From NCBI GenBank assembly GCA_051362555.1, contig CM120649.1, positions 10,974,001 to 11,038,000 on the forward strand: 64,000 bases of DNA, read 5' to 3'. The notes under the pieces were generated by a model. It had not been told where the DNA came from and did not search any database. It was given only the letters and a program-made list of their open reading frames with translations. Numbering within the stretch: position 1 is the first letter of the stretch; every line of letters starts with the position of its first letter. Made by a program: the position numbers and the translations under genes. The DNA comes from Lingula anatina (taxonomy: Eukaryota > Animalia > Brachiopoda). This document shows positions 27,557-42,333 of this stretch, piece by piece.

Positions 27557-28748
27557 ATGGACCATGGGTTTTCGTGAAATTTTCAGAATAGGTCACAAAT
27601 TGTTCAAGGGGGTGATACGGCTTACCATTGAAGCACAGTGCTTATTGCGTCTTTGACCTATTCTAACGTTATGGTACAGCCCACAAACGGTATATAATAA
27701 CCAGCAGGTTGGTTATTCGGGTTCTTTGATTCACTTTTCACCAGTAAGACAACTGAGAAGGCAGGTATAGTTTCTTGCTACATGGTTTATTTGGCTGTCT
27801 GTAAACTCAGGTCTCTTCTCTCTCGCTCTCCATCTCTCTCTTTCTATGTATGTTAATCTATGTCTCTATCTCACGATGTCCATCTATAAGTCTCTCTACC
27901 TCTCAGTCTATCTCTGTGGCTTGGCCACTGTTTTTATACTCTATCTTAATTTACATTTTAAATGAACTTCCATAACTGACATGCAACATGCCATGCCTAT
28001 ATACATTAAAACGTCATTGTAGATACATTTAAATTATATCTTGATTTACATTTTAACTGAACTTCTCTTAAACTGCCATGCAACATGTCATGCCTATGTA
28101 CATTTGAATAATTAAAACTTAAACAAATATGTGTATCTCACGTATGCAAATTTAGAAGTCTATCAGTTCTATTAATGGTTCACTACTCAGGTATTTTCTA
28201 GCCGTCACCTGATTTCTTGCATTTGCACTGGTTGGCCAAAGAGAAGACAACATAAGGCACTAATTGATAACCTGCTTTATCTAAATCGGAATTTTCTGCT
28301 CGAACAAAAACTATAAAAATCTTAAATGAATTCTTGAATTCATTACTTTTACGTTTGATTGGTGCAATTGGTGTTTTACTTGTAAAGACAGATGTGTACA
28401 CCATATATGCATGTCCACGTGAAATTAAGAATAACTTTGCAAAATAAGTTTAAATTCTCGTCCTCCATACCCTAGGTCCTAGATTTCGGTATTGCCAGCT
28501 CGATCTGGATTTCATATATAACCCACATCAGTAATACCAACTTTAGCCACCCCCGGCATACTTGGGGAGTGTTCTGCAAAATTTTGCCTGGGGCGCTTCC
28601 ATATTTGGAAGTCACATCTCTCGTACGTCACAGCTCTGTCTCACCTTAAGCTGCCTTTCCCGCCTTGAGCTGATGTCATCTTGTGCAGAGGAGACAAAGA
28701 ACAAAGACGCAAAGTGGCTGACGCGGAGTTTGAACTTTGAACTAAGGA

Positions 28749-28900
28749 CAGGGGCGGATTTAGGCCGTCTTCTGGGTCTTCCGAAAGATGGTCAGATTTT
28801 CAAGTTTACATTGACGGGTATCTAATTTTTTCAAAAATGAGGATGGATCAACAAAGATAATTTGGAAGACTGTCAGAAAATAGTTCTGGATCCGCCCCTG
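28749..28900. mobile_element. Small MITE with CAGGGGCGGAT termini
   Basis: caggggcggatttag ... ctggatccgcccctg. Confidence 0.65.
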
Positions 28901-29354
28901 AAGAATACCTTGCAATCGGAAATGTACAGCACAAGCACCTTTCTGCTTTAAAAACTATTTTTTGTGTAGCCATTGCGCACTCCTTATGGCGGTACATGTA
29001 TCGGCCATAGCTGTCCAACTTGGCACACGGCAAGCACGTGTATTGTGTTTATATCATCAGAAGCAAATGTTTTTTGATGAGCATACGGAATATCTTTTTA
29101 TTTTAAAATATATTATTTATTTTTCAATTAACATCTTAAATATAGTAAATAAAATGAAATAAAGCAAAATTAAATCTGTTTTACGTTTCATTTTGGACTT
29201 ATGGGTTTGCTTTTCAAAATCTTTGGTCTAGAAATCTGTTGGGTGTCAGTTGCAACATCGGGATTTACGCTTAAGCTAAAAGTTTTAATTAAGGATTTCC
29301 TAAATTCAGTGAGCTCTTCCATCGCGCACATCAGGGGCACTGATTGCCTTTACA

Positions 29355-32300
29355 CGAATAAACTAAGTTTTCACAGCACTATGATTTGTCACCCGTTTTG
29401 AATACCTTTCAAAGCTGTTCATACATCATTGAAATTCTAACAAGGTCAAACTATTCAAGGACTTTTGATCCGGCACCTCTCACCTCACCTGACAGCAGCA
29501 TTTGGCCTTATTAAAGCACGAAAGCCCAGATGATCTCATTTAGTGGGACATGTGTCTTAATAAGCACGGAAGCGTGCAGCAACGATTAATATAATGCTCA
29601 AAAATGGGCGTCGGACGTAATGGTAAGATTTTGTGATGGTCCATCAATTAATTAAATAATTAATCATTACCATTGAGACACAAGCAGTGCTACCTGCATT
29701 TTAGCCAGTTTTAACAAACGTTATTTACTATCTGTCATCTGGTTGGCCAAAGTGTAGACAACATGAGGCACAAGTGTTGATCATCACGTGCTTTAGATAT
29801 GGAGGTGAGCTTTGGTAAATCATAATGATACCTGGCGATATGATATCTAGCAAAGCAAACTCAATAAAATGGGTGGTAGATGCCTTAACAGAAGCAAAGT
29901 CCAGGACTTTAGCTTTTGAAATTAAAGAAGGCAAAAGACTCACCGGCGGGTCAAAAGCAGATACTTGTAGTAATCTTGTAGGCGAGGAATTTCCAAAATT
30001 TCTGAACAAATAATGCCCCTACTTAAAATGACGTTACCTAGTCAGTATGATCATCAGATGAAAATTTTGTTACATGCATCTGGCAGATCAGCTGCCAAAT
30101 CTCACTAACTCTCATGATAATTGTACAACAAAAACTGTGATGTGAAGAAAAGTGTGGTTATGCATCAAACATATGTAGGCCTATGTAGGTCGTTTGTAGT
30201 GACCTGCACGGCTAGTCTGATATGGGTATAATTATATAGTACAATGCATATCTCTTAACTATACAAATATTTTGTAAGTCACTTTCATGCTACAAGTACG
30301 ATAGACGATAACTGAACTTTCAGCCATATGTATCGTAGAGCCTGTATATTTAACTTTTAAAATTAAAATTATCAATTTGCTTATTATTTACTAAATATAC
30401 AAATTGCTTACTTTTCTTTAGAACATTGCAATTCATGCACTTTCATTTTCACCTTTGGCGTTCCATCTTTTCTTGGACCGTTGTTTTTTTAACTTTGTCT
30501 TCAATAAAGTTACCTTAGCAGTAGTAAAACTCTTACCTCAGACGTTAACTGTTCCTTAAGTCATGAGTGCTGTTACAACTTTTTAAACCATTCCTTGAGC
30601 TATTTGAAATCATGTAGGATAGGACACCAGAGAAAAACTGCACGGCAATTTGTGGGAGGAATCCTTTGAAAACGAGGCTGTGACCTTTGATCGAACGTTT
30701 GCTCGATAAATTACCACAGTTTGGCTAAACGGGATTGGCAGTGATAAGTCAGTTTACAATAAGTGCATTAAAAATTGGAAGGCGTTACATCAAATACGTA
30801 CATGTACTGTATATATCAATGTGGGAGTATTTTAGTGCTTGTTGAGCGTTTAACCATATTGGATGGAAAATTGATAATGACCAGAAAGCGCAAAATGAAA
30901 AAAAAATGGTAGAGTGAGTGCTTGGTTGTGTGTATTTTTAATGCACCGTCTAATATTTTGTTTTTGAAAGAACATTTAGAAGAATTGGTAACAAACTTTG
31001 CAAGCGCCGGATGTACCCGGTACTCCCGTGTGTCTAAAAGTGTTGCCTAGAAAGGGGGGGGCGTTCGAGCATATGTGAGGGCAAACAGACTGAAGAGCAC
31101 ATGCTTTAACTTGTGCAAGATAGGTGGGATTAGAAATAACATATCACAGTTTCACTTTGGAAACCTTGTTTTAAATATGTGAAAGACATCTCTTAGTGAA
31201 TGAGGTTATGTCAAGAAGCAGTATCATAAAACAAGGTCGAATGATACGTTTGCTTTTGGTTAAATCCCTATATATAGAAAGAGAAAAAAAAGGACAAAGT
31301 TAGTCTGTTTTTGGCATGTTTAATACAGCCCTGACAGCCGTTTCAGCCCGGAGGCCTCATCAGGGGCGCAAACAATCTGTGCTAATTATTGACTCCTCAT
31401 GCATGGTTCATTGTCTAATTAACCCAATTATCGCTTGGGCAATCATTCAACGTGTATCAAAACGCACTAAATTTTTTACTTTATCGGCAAAACCAGGATT
31501 TTGCTGGGAGGGGGTTATAAAGCAGTAGACGAGGGCATTTGTCTTATAATATGTACTTGGATAAGGCACATGAATGAAATGATGCTCGTTTTGTGACATT
31601 TGTCTTATTTCTATGATTTGAGAAGGACCAAGGGTGGAATAAGAGCACCTCCGAAACTGAGAAAATGTTTTTTTTGCTTTTGTTTCATTCATACGAAGCT
31701 TTAAAAGGTGTATGCAGAAAGAAAAAATCATCGTTCGCACGCAATAATTATTACGTTCGAACTAGGTCTTTGCGGGGGAATGCAATAATTATAGTGTTCG
31801 AAGCCAATATTTTGCTCCAAGATGGTTCGGCCTCGTTTTATCTCTACGTACGTAAAAATTATTGCACTCTGTCGCAAAAATTATGTTTGAACGAAAAATA
31901 TTTTGTGGCGAAAGCATCAGCTATGAATAGAAAACGCTAATATTTGCCCCACGGTTCGTACCCAAGGTTGTTTTTTCAGTCAGTAGATGTGTCCGGACCA
32001 TTACTGCGAGCGGTCGCTTTGTGTCGCATGTGGTGAATCATGGTGCGGGCCCCAAATTTTTTTGTGTGTGTTTTGGAGGGCAAACGGTGCCATTTAGTAA
32101 TCTTTAGAACTATGATCCAGCTAGTCAAAAATTCTAATTCAATCCAGGCCACTGGAAAAACGTTTTTGTGGTATGATTTTCAGGACCCCGTGACCCTCTT
32201 AATCTGCCTCTGATCTGGGATGTTGTTCATTGGTTAAGACCTTTTCCCTGTTCAATTCACTGCGGTCAACATCACAGAACGACAGATAAAAAGTTCATAA

Positions 32301-34217
32301 CTTTTTTACTGATTACGTTACAAAAACAATGCTTTGTCATTTCCAAACCGTCAGCAGTATCTTTTTCTTTTTAAAAAGTAGCTTTAAAAACTCAAAATTC
32401 GATTTCATTTTAGTGTAATAACCCTTTGTGTTATTTTATAGTATACACTGACGCTTTAAACTGCTTATTGATATATAACTAATATTGTTAATTGTTAGAT
32501 CTGTGTTAGAACAGCAACATATTTTATTCAGAAAAGGCATAAATGAATTGAACATGTAAGCAACAATATGAACATCACTGTGGTCATTGCTGTCCACAGG
32601 CCAAGGTACTCTGTATATTAAAACAGCAACTCATTTTTACCGGCAATTAAACGAAAACATTCAACTGTCTCTTTTATCACAAGTCACATTCTATGGACCG
32701 GCACCTCACGAACTTCATAAGTCCTATAAATCTAAATCTACCGAGCATAACACAGTCCAGTCTTTTCTGAATTCAAACTGCTCACACAACGCCCATGTAG
32801 TGCTTGGTGCCGTTTTTTCTCCCTCCTTTTTTGACCTCCCTATTTACGAGAGCTCATGTCAAGATGAGCCTCATTACTTAACACTGTGATATTTACTGCA
32901 AAAAGCTTTATCTAATCACCTTCATTCCCATCCCTAGTACACTGTATAAAGTATCATTTTCGTATTCAAACACCAATCTATCGTAAGCTTGTCGTGGCAG
33001 AGCGACATTAATATCGTCATGCGCCATTCTGTTTTTTTCACTGTTTAGGGGATTTTTCACAACAGAAAATTCTTGGAAGCAGGGGATTTTGAGAAAGATG
33101 ACATTCGTAAGATGTGTTGGCGGGCACATTGCCGTTAGTAGATGTCTTCGAAGCATTTGCTTTCACGTCTACACTAGCAGATTCAGGATTTTGATGGGGT
33201 TTGAGGGGGTGCATAGGCCTACTGTAAAATGGCAAACGAGGACAATTTCACCATAATATGCTAAACACGCATTCTAGAGGACGCATGTTTCACTTTGAGA
33301 TCATCAATGAAAACAAAATGCATCAGTCCTTTTTTATCTATGCTCCTTTCACTCTTAATCTTTACATGGTGTCAGAAAAATAATCCAAATTGGAAACTTA
33401 ACGCTGGTATATAGGCCTACTATACATGTGATATTCGACCATAAGTGCGTAATTTAGCAGTTTTTGCCAGCACTCGCACCACATTTTAGTTTTTAATTTT
33501 ACGTTTTGCCCTTTTCCATCCAGTTTGATTTATGATGAAAGAGTGCTAAACCAAAGCGATTAAATATGTTCTCTATCTGATATGCATGTATTCTTATGCC
33601 TTCCGCACTTATCGCCTTCTGACTTATCAACGCCCACCCTATTTACGTAATTGTGATTATTTCTCAACTGATCGATCGATAAAAGGTCACTGCCTCGTTT
33701 TGAAAGCAGGACTCCCAAAAGCCATGTTTTTTTTCTGGTGTCCTAAATTACATTTTTTCAAGTGACTCAAGATATAGAACACCAAATCTGCAACAGCAAA
33801 CCTGTCGAAAAGGAACGGTTATCGTCTGAGGTAAGAGTTGTTACAACACTAGAATGATTTTTTCCGGAGATAAAAAACGATGGAACAAGAAAAGATAGGG
33901 CATGAAAAGCGAAAATGAAACTGACTTGCTAAAATTATTTCCCGGACATCTGTAGTGTAGTATTTGTATTTTTGTTTCTCATCACATTAAGGTTGTACAA
34001 TTGGCAGGACAGTGACTGATATTGGAGATCGGATCAATTATAGATGGTATATGGGTAAGAGACGTTAGATCTGCCTGACTGACTATGTGACGTCATCATA
34101 ACAATGGGCGTTTCTCTTTGCTTAATGATGAAATAGTGCTAAAAACGACCCAAATAGAAAATAATTATACACCTTAACATTTTTACCTTATCTATCCCAT
34201 CGATAAGGAGCCATTTT
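29355..34217 (+). repeat. Copy 1 of a ~4.8-kb direct repeat
   Basis: Collinear with 35160-39983; matching paralogous short ORFs (e.g. 31316/37099, 32908/38643); both copies end at cgataaggagccatttt. Confidence 0.9.
31328..31369 (-). ncRNA. Minimal type I hammerhead ribozyme-like motif (Penelope/retrozyme type)
   Basis: Minus strand GCGCCC-CUGAUGA-GGCC-UCCG-GGCU-GAAAC-GGCU-GUC-AGGGC. Core boxes are intact but stem I is imperfect. Confidence 0.5.
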
Positions 34218-35140
34218 ACTATTAAAATTTACTATTTCACTATTAATTTGTAGTCTCCATTTCATGCAATAATCATGTAAGGTATTCAAAATGATGTTCA
34301 TATCCTCCGGCGTTTCACTGAAAATAGCAATGTCGTCTGCGTACAACAATATATCTGGTCTTATGTCACCTACCATTACCCCTTTTCCAAGTGCTTTTAT
34401 ATCCTGAGTTAAATCATTTATGAATAGTGCAAATAAGGTATGTGATAGGTTGTAAACTTGCCTAAAACCAGCCATCGTTTCAAACCAGTTTGTATAGTTT
34501 CCATTGAGATTTACACATGACTTTGTTAGTGCGTACATAGATTTCAGCACAGCATACATAGGCCCGTTAATGCCAATATTTATCAGTTTGAGTAGTAGTA
34601 AATCTCTATTTTAAAAATCAAAAGCTTTCATCAGATCGATGATCTGCCTTTACCTTCCTCCATTCTGTTCTTAACAATAGAGTTTAACACAAAGATGTGG
34701 TCTTCACAAGACCTGTTTTTTCTAAAGCCATTTTGTTCTTCTACCAGTAAGTCATTGTTCTCACAGTACGCTAAGATTCTTTTGTTTATAACCGAGCTGA
34801 ATATTTTTGATATGGTATAAAATAAACTTATTCCTCTATAATTCAGCGGTATTCTTGGATCTAGTTTACTGTCTTTCGGTATTGGTATTATAATAACCTT
34901 TCTCCACATACTTGGTAATAATGCCGTGTCAAATATGAAATTGGACAGTGATGTTAGTAAGTTAATAATAGTTTCATTTTTCAAAATTTCACTGGGGCTA
35001 TTATCTACTCCCGTAGCTTTCTTTTGCTTTGCCTTAGCTACTGCTGCGCTAACCTCTAGTTTTTCAATAATGCCATTTATGCTGTAATTAGGATTAAACA
35101 AGGGGTCAGACATTACACCCTCCATAGTTCTTCTACAGTA
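34218..35140 (-). pseudogene. Non-LTR retrotransposon (LINE) reverse transcriptase fragment
   Basis: KATGVD, IPIPK, NYRGISL, EEQNGFR, IDLMKAFD, LFALFIND, LLYADD; frameshift and stop near 34610-34640. Confidence 0.9.
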
Positions 35141-35159
35141 TATACCTTCTATATGTACA

Positions 35160-38100
35160 TGAATAAACTAGGTTTTTTGCAGCATTATGATTCAACGCCC
35201 GTTTTGAATATCTTTCCCAGCTGTTCATACAGAAAAACAGTTCCCATCATTGAAATTCTAACAAGGTCAAACTATTTAAGGACCTTTGATCCCGGCACCT
35301 CCCACCTCACCTGACAGGTGCGAAAGCCCGGAGGATCTCACTGAGTGGGACATGTGTCTTAAATAGCACTGAAGTGTGCAGCAACGATTAATATAATGCT
35401 CAAAAATGGACGTAATGATAAGATTTTGGTGATGATCCATCAACTAATTAAATAATTAATCATTACCATTGAGACACAAGCAGTGCTACCTGTTTTTACA
35501 AACGTTCTTATATCTGTCATTTGCTTGGCCAAAGGGAAGACAACATGAGACACAAGTGTTGATCATCACGTGCTTTAGATATGGAGGTGAGCTTTGGTAA
35601 ATTAAAATGATACCTGGTGATATGATATCTAGCAAAACAAACTTAATAAAATGGGTGGTAGCTTGCCTGAACAGAAGCAAAGTCCAGGACTTTAGCTTTT
35701 GAAATTAAAGAAGACGAAAGCCTCATCGGCGGGTCAAAAGCAGATACTTGTAGTAATGTTGTAGGCGAGGAATTCCCAAAATTTCTGAACAAATAATGCT
35801 CCTACTTATGATGACGTTACCTAATCAGGTGATCATCAAATGCAATTTTTGTTACATGCATCTGACAGATCAGCTGTCAAATCTCATTAACTCTCATGAT
35901 ACATTTGTAACTGTACAACAAAAACTGTGATATGAAGAAAAGTGTGATCATGCGTCGAACATATGTAGGCCTATGTAGGCCGTGTGTAGTGACCTGCGAG
36001 GCTAGTCTGATATGGATATAATTATACAGCACAATGCATATCTCTTAACTATACAAATATTTTGTAAGTTACTTTCATGCTACATGTACGATAGACGATA
36101 ACTGAACTTTCAGCCATATGTATAGTAGAGCCTGTATATTTAATTTTTTTAAATTGAAATTATCAATTTGCTTATTATTTACTAAATATACAAATTGCTT
36201 GCAATTCATGCACTTTCATTTTCACCTTTGGCGTTCCATCTTTTCTTGGACCGTTGTTTTTAACCTTGTCTTCCATAAAGTTACCTCAGCATTATTAAAA
36301 CTCTTACCTCTGACGTTAACTGTTCCTCAAGTCATGAGTGCTGTTATAACTTCTAAAATCTTTCCTTGAGCTATTTGAAATCATGTAGGACAGGACACCA
36401 GAGAAAAACTGCACGGCAATTTGTGGGAGGAATCCTTTCAAAACGAGGCTGTGACCTTTAATCGAACGTTTGCTCGATAAATTACCACAGTTTGGCAAAA
36501 CGGGGTAAGCAGTGATACGTCAGTTTACAATAAGTGCATTAAAATTGGAAGGCGTTACATCAAATACGTACATGTATTGTATATATCAGTGTGAGAGTAT
36601 TTTAGTGCTAGTTGAGCGTTTAACCATATTGGATGGAAAATTGATAATGACCAGAAAGCGCAAAATGAAAAAAAAGGTAGAGTGAGTGCTTGGTTGTGTG
36701 TATTTTTAATGCACCGTGTAATATTTTGTTTTTGAAAGAACATTTAGAAGAATTGGTGACAAACTTTGCGAGCGCCGCGGCCGGATGTACCCGGTACTCC
36801 CGTGTGTCTAAAAGTGTTTCCTAGAGGGGGGAGGGGGGGGGGGCGTTCGAGCATATGTGAAGGCAAACAGACTGAAGAGCACGTGATTTAACTTGTGCAA
36901 AATAGGTGGAATTAGAAATAACATATCACAGTTTCACTTTGGAAACCTTGTTTTAAATATGTGAAAGACATCTCTTAGTGAATGAGGTTATGTCAAGAAG
37001 CAGTATCATAAAACAAGGCCGAATAATAATGTTTGCTTTTGGTTAAATCCCTATATATAGAAAGAGAAAAAAATGGACAAAGTTAGTCTGTTTTTGGCAT
37101 GTTTAATACAGCCCTGACAGCCGTTGCAGCCCGGAGGCCTCATCAGGGGCGCAAACAATCTGTGCTAATTATTGACTCCTCACGCATGGTTCATTGTCTA
37201 ATTAACCCAATTATCGCTTGGGGAATCATTCAACGTGTATCAAAACGCACTGAATCTTTTACTTTATGGGCAAAACCAGGATTTTGCTAGGAGGGGGTTA
37301 TAAAGCAGTGGACGAGGGCATTTGTCTTAAAATATGTACTTGGATAAGGCGCATGAATGAAATGATGCTCGTTTTGTGTCATTTGTCTTATTTCTATGAT
37401 TTATGGAGGACCAAGGGAGGAATAAGAGCACCTCCGAAACTAAGAAAATGTTTTTTTTACTTTTGTTTCATTCATACAAAGCTTTTAAAGGTGTATGCAG
37501 AAAGAAAAATCATCGTTCGAACGCAATAATTATTACGTTCGAACTAGGCCTTTGCGAGGGAATGCAATAATTATTGTGTTCGAAGCCAATATTTTGCTCC
37601 AAGATGGTGCGGCCTCGTTTTCTCTCTACGAACGTAAAAATTATTGCACTCTGTCGCAAAAATTGTGTTTGAACGAAAAGCGGTCGCTTTGTGTCGCATG
37701 TGGTGAATCATGGTGCGGGCCCCAAATTTTTTTGTGTGTGTTTTGGAGGGCAAACAGTGCCATTTAGTAATCTTTAGAACTATGATCCAGCTAGTCAAAA
37801 ATTCTAATTCAATCCAGGCCACTGGAAAGACGTTTTTGTGGTATGATTTTCAGGACACCGTGACCCTCTAAATCTGCCTCTGATCTGGGATGTTGTTCAT
37901 TGGTTAAGACCTTTTCCCTGTTCAATTCACTGCGGGGGAGGTTACAAAAAAAAAAAAAAATGAGTCAACATCACAGAACGACAGATAAAAAGTTCATAAC
38001 TTTTTTACTGATTACGTTACAAAAACAATGCTTTGTCATTTCCAAACCGTCAGCAGTATCTTTTTCTTTTTAAAAAGTAGCTTTAAAAACTCAAAATTCG

Positions 38101-39983
38101 ATTTCATTTTAGTGTAATAACCCTTTGTGTTATTTTATAGTAGGCCTATACACTGACGCTTTAAACTGCTTATTGATATATAACTAATATTGTTAATTGT
38201 TAGATCTGTGTTAGAACAGCAACATATTTTATTCAGAAAAGGCATAAATGAATTGAACATGTAAGGAACAATATGAACATCACTGTGGTCATTGCTGTCC
38301 ACAGGCCAAGGTACTCTGTATATTAAAACAGCAACTCATTTTTACCGGCAATTAAACGAAAATATTCAACTGTTTCTGTTATCACAAGTCACATTCTATG
38401 GACCGGCACCATAGGGGGGGGGGGGGGGGGGGGGGAGGGCAGCTGCTCAGGCTACGGCCCTGAGATCTAAATCTACCGAGCATAACACAGTCCAGTCTTT
38501 TCTGAATTCAAACTGCTCACACAGCGCCCCTGTAGTGCTTGGTGCCGTTTTTTCTCCCTCCTTTCTTGACCTCCCTATTTACGAGAGCTCATATCAAGAT
38601 GAGCCTAATTACTTAACACTGTGATATTTACTGCAAAAAGCTTTATCTAATCACCTTCATTCCCATCCCTAGTACACTGTATAAAGTATCATTTTCGTAT
38701 ACAAACACCAATCTATCGTTAGCTGGTCGTGGCAGAGCGACATTAATATCGTCATGCGCCATTCTGTTTTTTTCACTGTTTAGGGGATTTTTCACAACCG
38801 AAAATTCTTGGAAGCAGGGGATTTTGAGAAAGATGAAATTCGTAAGATGTGTTGGCGGCCACATTGCCGTTAGTAGATGTCTTCGAAGCATTTGCTTTCA
38901 CGTCTACACTAGCAGATTCAGGATTTTGGTGGGGTTTGAGGGGGTGCATAGCCTACTGTAAAATGGCAAACAAGGACAATTGTACCATAATATGCTAAAC
39001 ATGCATTCGGAGGCGGGTACATTCTAAGCTAGAGGGCGCATGTTTCACTTTGACATCATCAATGAAAACAAAATGCATCAGTCCTTTTTTACCTATGCTC
39101 CTTTCACTCTTAATCTTTACATGGTGTCAGAAAAATAATCCAAATTGGAAACTTAACGCTGGTATATACTATACATGTGATATTCGACCATAGGTGCGTA
39201 ATTTAGCAGTTTTTGCCAGCACTCACACTACATTTTAGTTTTTAATTTTACGTTTTGCCCTTTTCCATCCAGTTTGATTTATGTTGAATGAGTGCTAAAC
39301 CAAAGCGATTAAATATGTTTTCCATCTGATATACATGTATTCTTATGCCTTCCGCACTTATCGCCTTCTGACTTATCAACGCCCACCCTATTTACGTAAT
39401 TGTGGTTATTTCTCAACTGATCGATCGATAAAAGGTCACTGCCTCGTTCTGAAAGCAGGAAGACCTCTCTCCCAAAAGCCATGGTTTTTTCTGGTGTCCT
39501 AAAGTACATTTTTTCAAGTGAGTCAAGATATAGAATACCAAATCTGCAACAGCACACCTGTCGAAAAGGAACGGTTACCGTCTGAGGTAAGAGTTGTTAC
39601 AACACTAGAATGATTTTTCCCGGAGATAAAAAACGATAGAACAAGAAAAGATAGGGCATGAAAAGCGAAAATGAAACTGACTTGCTAAAATTATTTCCCG
39701 GACATCTGTAGTGTAGTATTTGTATTTTTGTTTCTCATCACATTAAGGTTGTACAATTGGCAGGACAGTGACTGATATTCGAGATCGGATCAATTATAGA
39801 TGGTATATTGGGTAAGAGACGTTAGATCTGAAGGCCTGACTGACTGACTGTGTGACGTCATCATAACAATGGGCGTTTCTCTTTGCTTAATGATGAAATA
39901 GTGCTAAAAACGACCCAAATAGAAAAGTAATTATACACCTTAACATTTTTACCTTATCTATCCCATCGATAAGGAGCCATTTT
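35160..39983 (+). repeat. Copy 2 of the ~4.8-kb direct repeat
   Basis: See copy 1; differs by indels (e.g. lacks 31900-32008, has a poly-G insertion at ~38410). Confidence 0.9.
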
Positions 39984-40479
39984 GAAAACGGGCAGGCCAG
40001 CTGCCTTCCGAGAGACAATGCAATTTTCTCGTGGCCAGTTATTTATCGTTTTAAGCAAGAAAGAGAGAATACATAGACTATAATAGCGCATCTAACTCAA
40101 GGAAGAGTTAACGTCTGAAGTAAGAGTAAATTGCAACAATGCTATGGTGGCTTTAAGGAAAACAAAATATGTACCACGAAAAGATGTTACGCCAAAGGCG
40201 AAAATGAAAGTGAATAACGTGTAATGCTGTAAAGAAGAATAGGCGATTCACAAATAAAGTAAATAATAAGCAAATTAGTGATTTTAATTTTGAGAAATAA
40301 AATAAAATCTATCACTGTACATGCATGTATAACATTAGGTTCAGTTATCGTCTAAGCTAGGGGAAATGAAGGTGACTTACAAAAGAGGTTTTATTTAGAA
40401 AAAAATTTGTTGTTGTATATAACCCAAACCAGACTTTCTGCGCAGGTACTGTAACTATGTACATATTGCCTACATACAT

Positions 40480-40880
40480 GAAGGGCTACATGATATGTTC
40501 GAAACATGACCAATTTGTTTCACATCACAGTTTTTGTTGTATATTTAACGTGAGAATTAGTGAGATAAGATCGTAGTATGTTACATGCATGTAACAGAAT
40601 TTTGATCTGAAGATCATTCTGACTAGGTGACGTCATCATACGTAGGAGCAATGTTCAGAAGGTTTAGACATTCCTCGCCTACAACATTTACATTACCACA
40701 AGCACGTGATTTTGCACCCGCCGATGAGTCTTTCACCTTGTTTAATTTGGAAAGGTGACTGGACTTTGCTCCTCAGGCGAGTGATTTGACAAAAATTCAC
40801 CATAATCTGTCAATCATTTTATAATGGTTGCCTTGCTAGATAGCATATCATGGGGTGTCATTCTGATATACCAAAGGTCA
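40480..40880 (-). repeat. Diverged inverted partial copy of the left part of the 4.8-kb repeat
   Basis: ttcacatcacagtttttgttgta, atgcatgtaaca, attcctcgcctacaacatt and cccgccgatgag are reverse complements of blocks in ~35600-35960. Confidence 0.7.
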
Positions 40881-41667
40881 TGCATGTGACATGCAGGTCC
40901 CATGTGACGATCTACAGATCTACAGCGGCTTTCTATTGACAAAGTCGGACATCAGGATTTATGAGATAAATAAATGCACTAACAAGTTTCATTATTTAAT
41001 CTTGTTAACATGCAGCGCATGCAATTATTTTAAACATACATCTGTACGGACTGAGCTTTATAACTACAAGTACAGATATAACAGATCCCATATAAGTAAC
41101 TTATTACTCAACTCTCATTCACCATGAGTTTCATAAAAAGTGTTCAATTAAGTTCTGAAACTCCATCTATACGTGCAACTATTAATATAAGTTGGCCTCG
41201 TAATTTCCATTCAGCATTTGCAAGGGTTGGAAATAACGATGCCCACATACGTATTTTCATTCATCATTCATCCATCATTCATCCATCATTCATTCGCCCT
41301 CCCCCTGGTTGACACGATATTTAATACTAGATAGAGGAGATGCAAATAAGAAAATCTTTGACATAGGAAAAATAACAATTTTAAATGTCCAGTTTGCTCC
41401 ATTCTGAGATTCTGAACTTAGTGAACGATTGAGTCTGACAAAAAACTCTGATATGAGTTTATTTCCATTTTTGTCACTTTATTACACAATGCATGATAAC
41501 AGGTTTACCATCATTTTATTTAATCAACTAACAATAATGTAAAGATGCAGAAAATGTAAAACAGCACTTTTACGTATCTAATAAGTTCAATAATGAAACT
41601 GTTAACATGCCTAAGGATAAAGGAAAACCACTTATACACAAAAAAGTATCATTTCATTAAAACTTAA

Positions 41668-42295
41668 AGTCATAATAACTCTTCGTTTTGGCCAAAAATT
41701 GGATTTTCCTGGAAAAAACGGCAATTTTCCCGTACTTACCAATGGTCAACGACCCCGTTCCTGCATTCAAAGTTAATCCAGGGTTTTTTCCTAAACGTAC
41801 GGTTTTTTGTTAAAATCTCTTAAGAGATTTTAACTGACGGAGCTCTCTCTGACATTGCATCGTCACTGGTGACCTACTTAAAACCGCGGGAAGAGCAGAC
41901 AACAACAACACTATATAAGATTCATGAGATATATTGGTCTTTTTGTTAAAAATGCATTTATATCCACAATGTGTGCCATTCTGGGCTTTTCGTTATCCGA
42001 CGCACTGTACAAAAACTCGCAACTTACGTCTGCGTCTGCATCAATGCGTTTGGCGCCATGTCATTTTGGTCTCGAATGAACGCGAGAATCCGCGTGACAC
42101 CCTTAAGTCATTACCAACGGATACCTTGACGACCGGGAAGAAAGGCACCGAAAGCCCTATTGACAAGTGCAGATTTTAGTTTTACTACAATAACGGCCGT
42201 TTTAGTGGTAAAATACAACAGAATATATTTCCATGCGTTGTTTACAATGTATTTCTTGCGGAATTTTGAATCTCAAAGGAAGAGTTATTATTGCT
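41668..42295. mobile_element. Kolobok-like non-autonomous element (TTAA target duplication)
   Basis: ttaa|agtcataataactcttc ... gaagagttattattgct|ttaa; same family as 296-632. Confidence 0.7.
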
Positions 42296-42333
42296 TTAAC
42301 CGATCAAGCTTATTTTCGAACTTGATCTATATA

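Noticed and set aside
29355-39983. Direct repeats as LTRs of a retrotransposon
   Set aside because: The enclosed ~0.9 kb is a non-LTR RT fragment; no gag, integrase, primer-binding site or TG...CA ends were seen.
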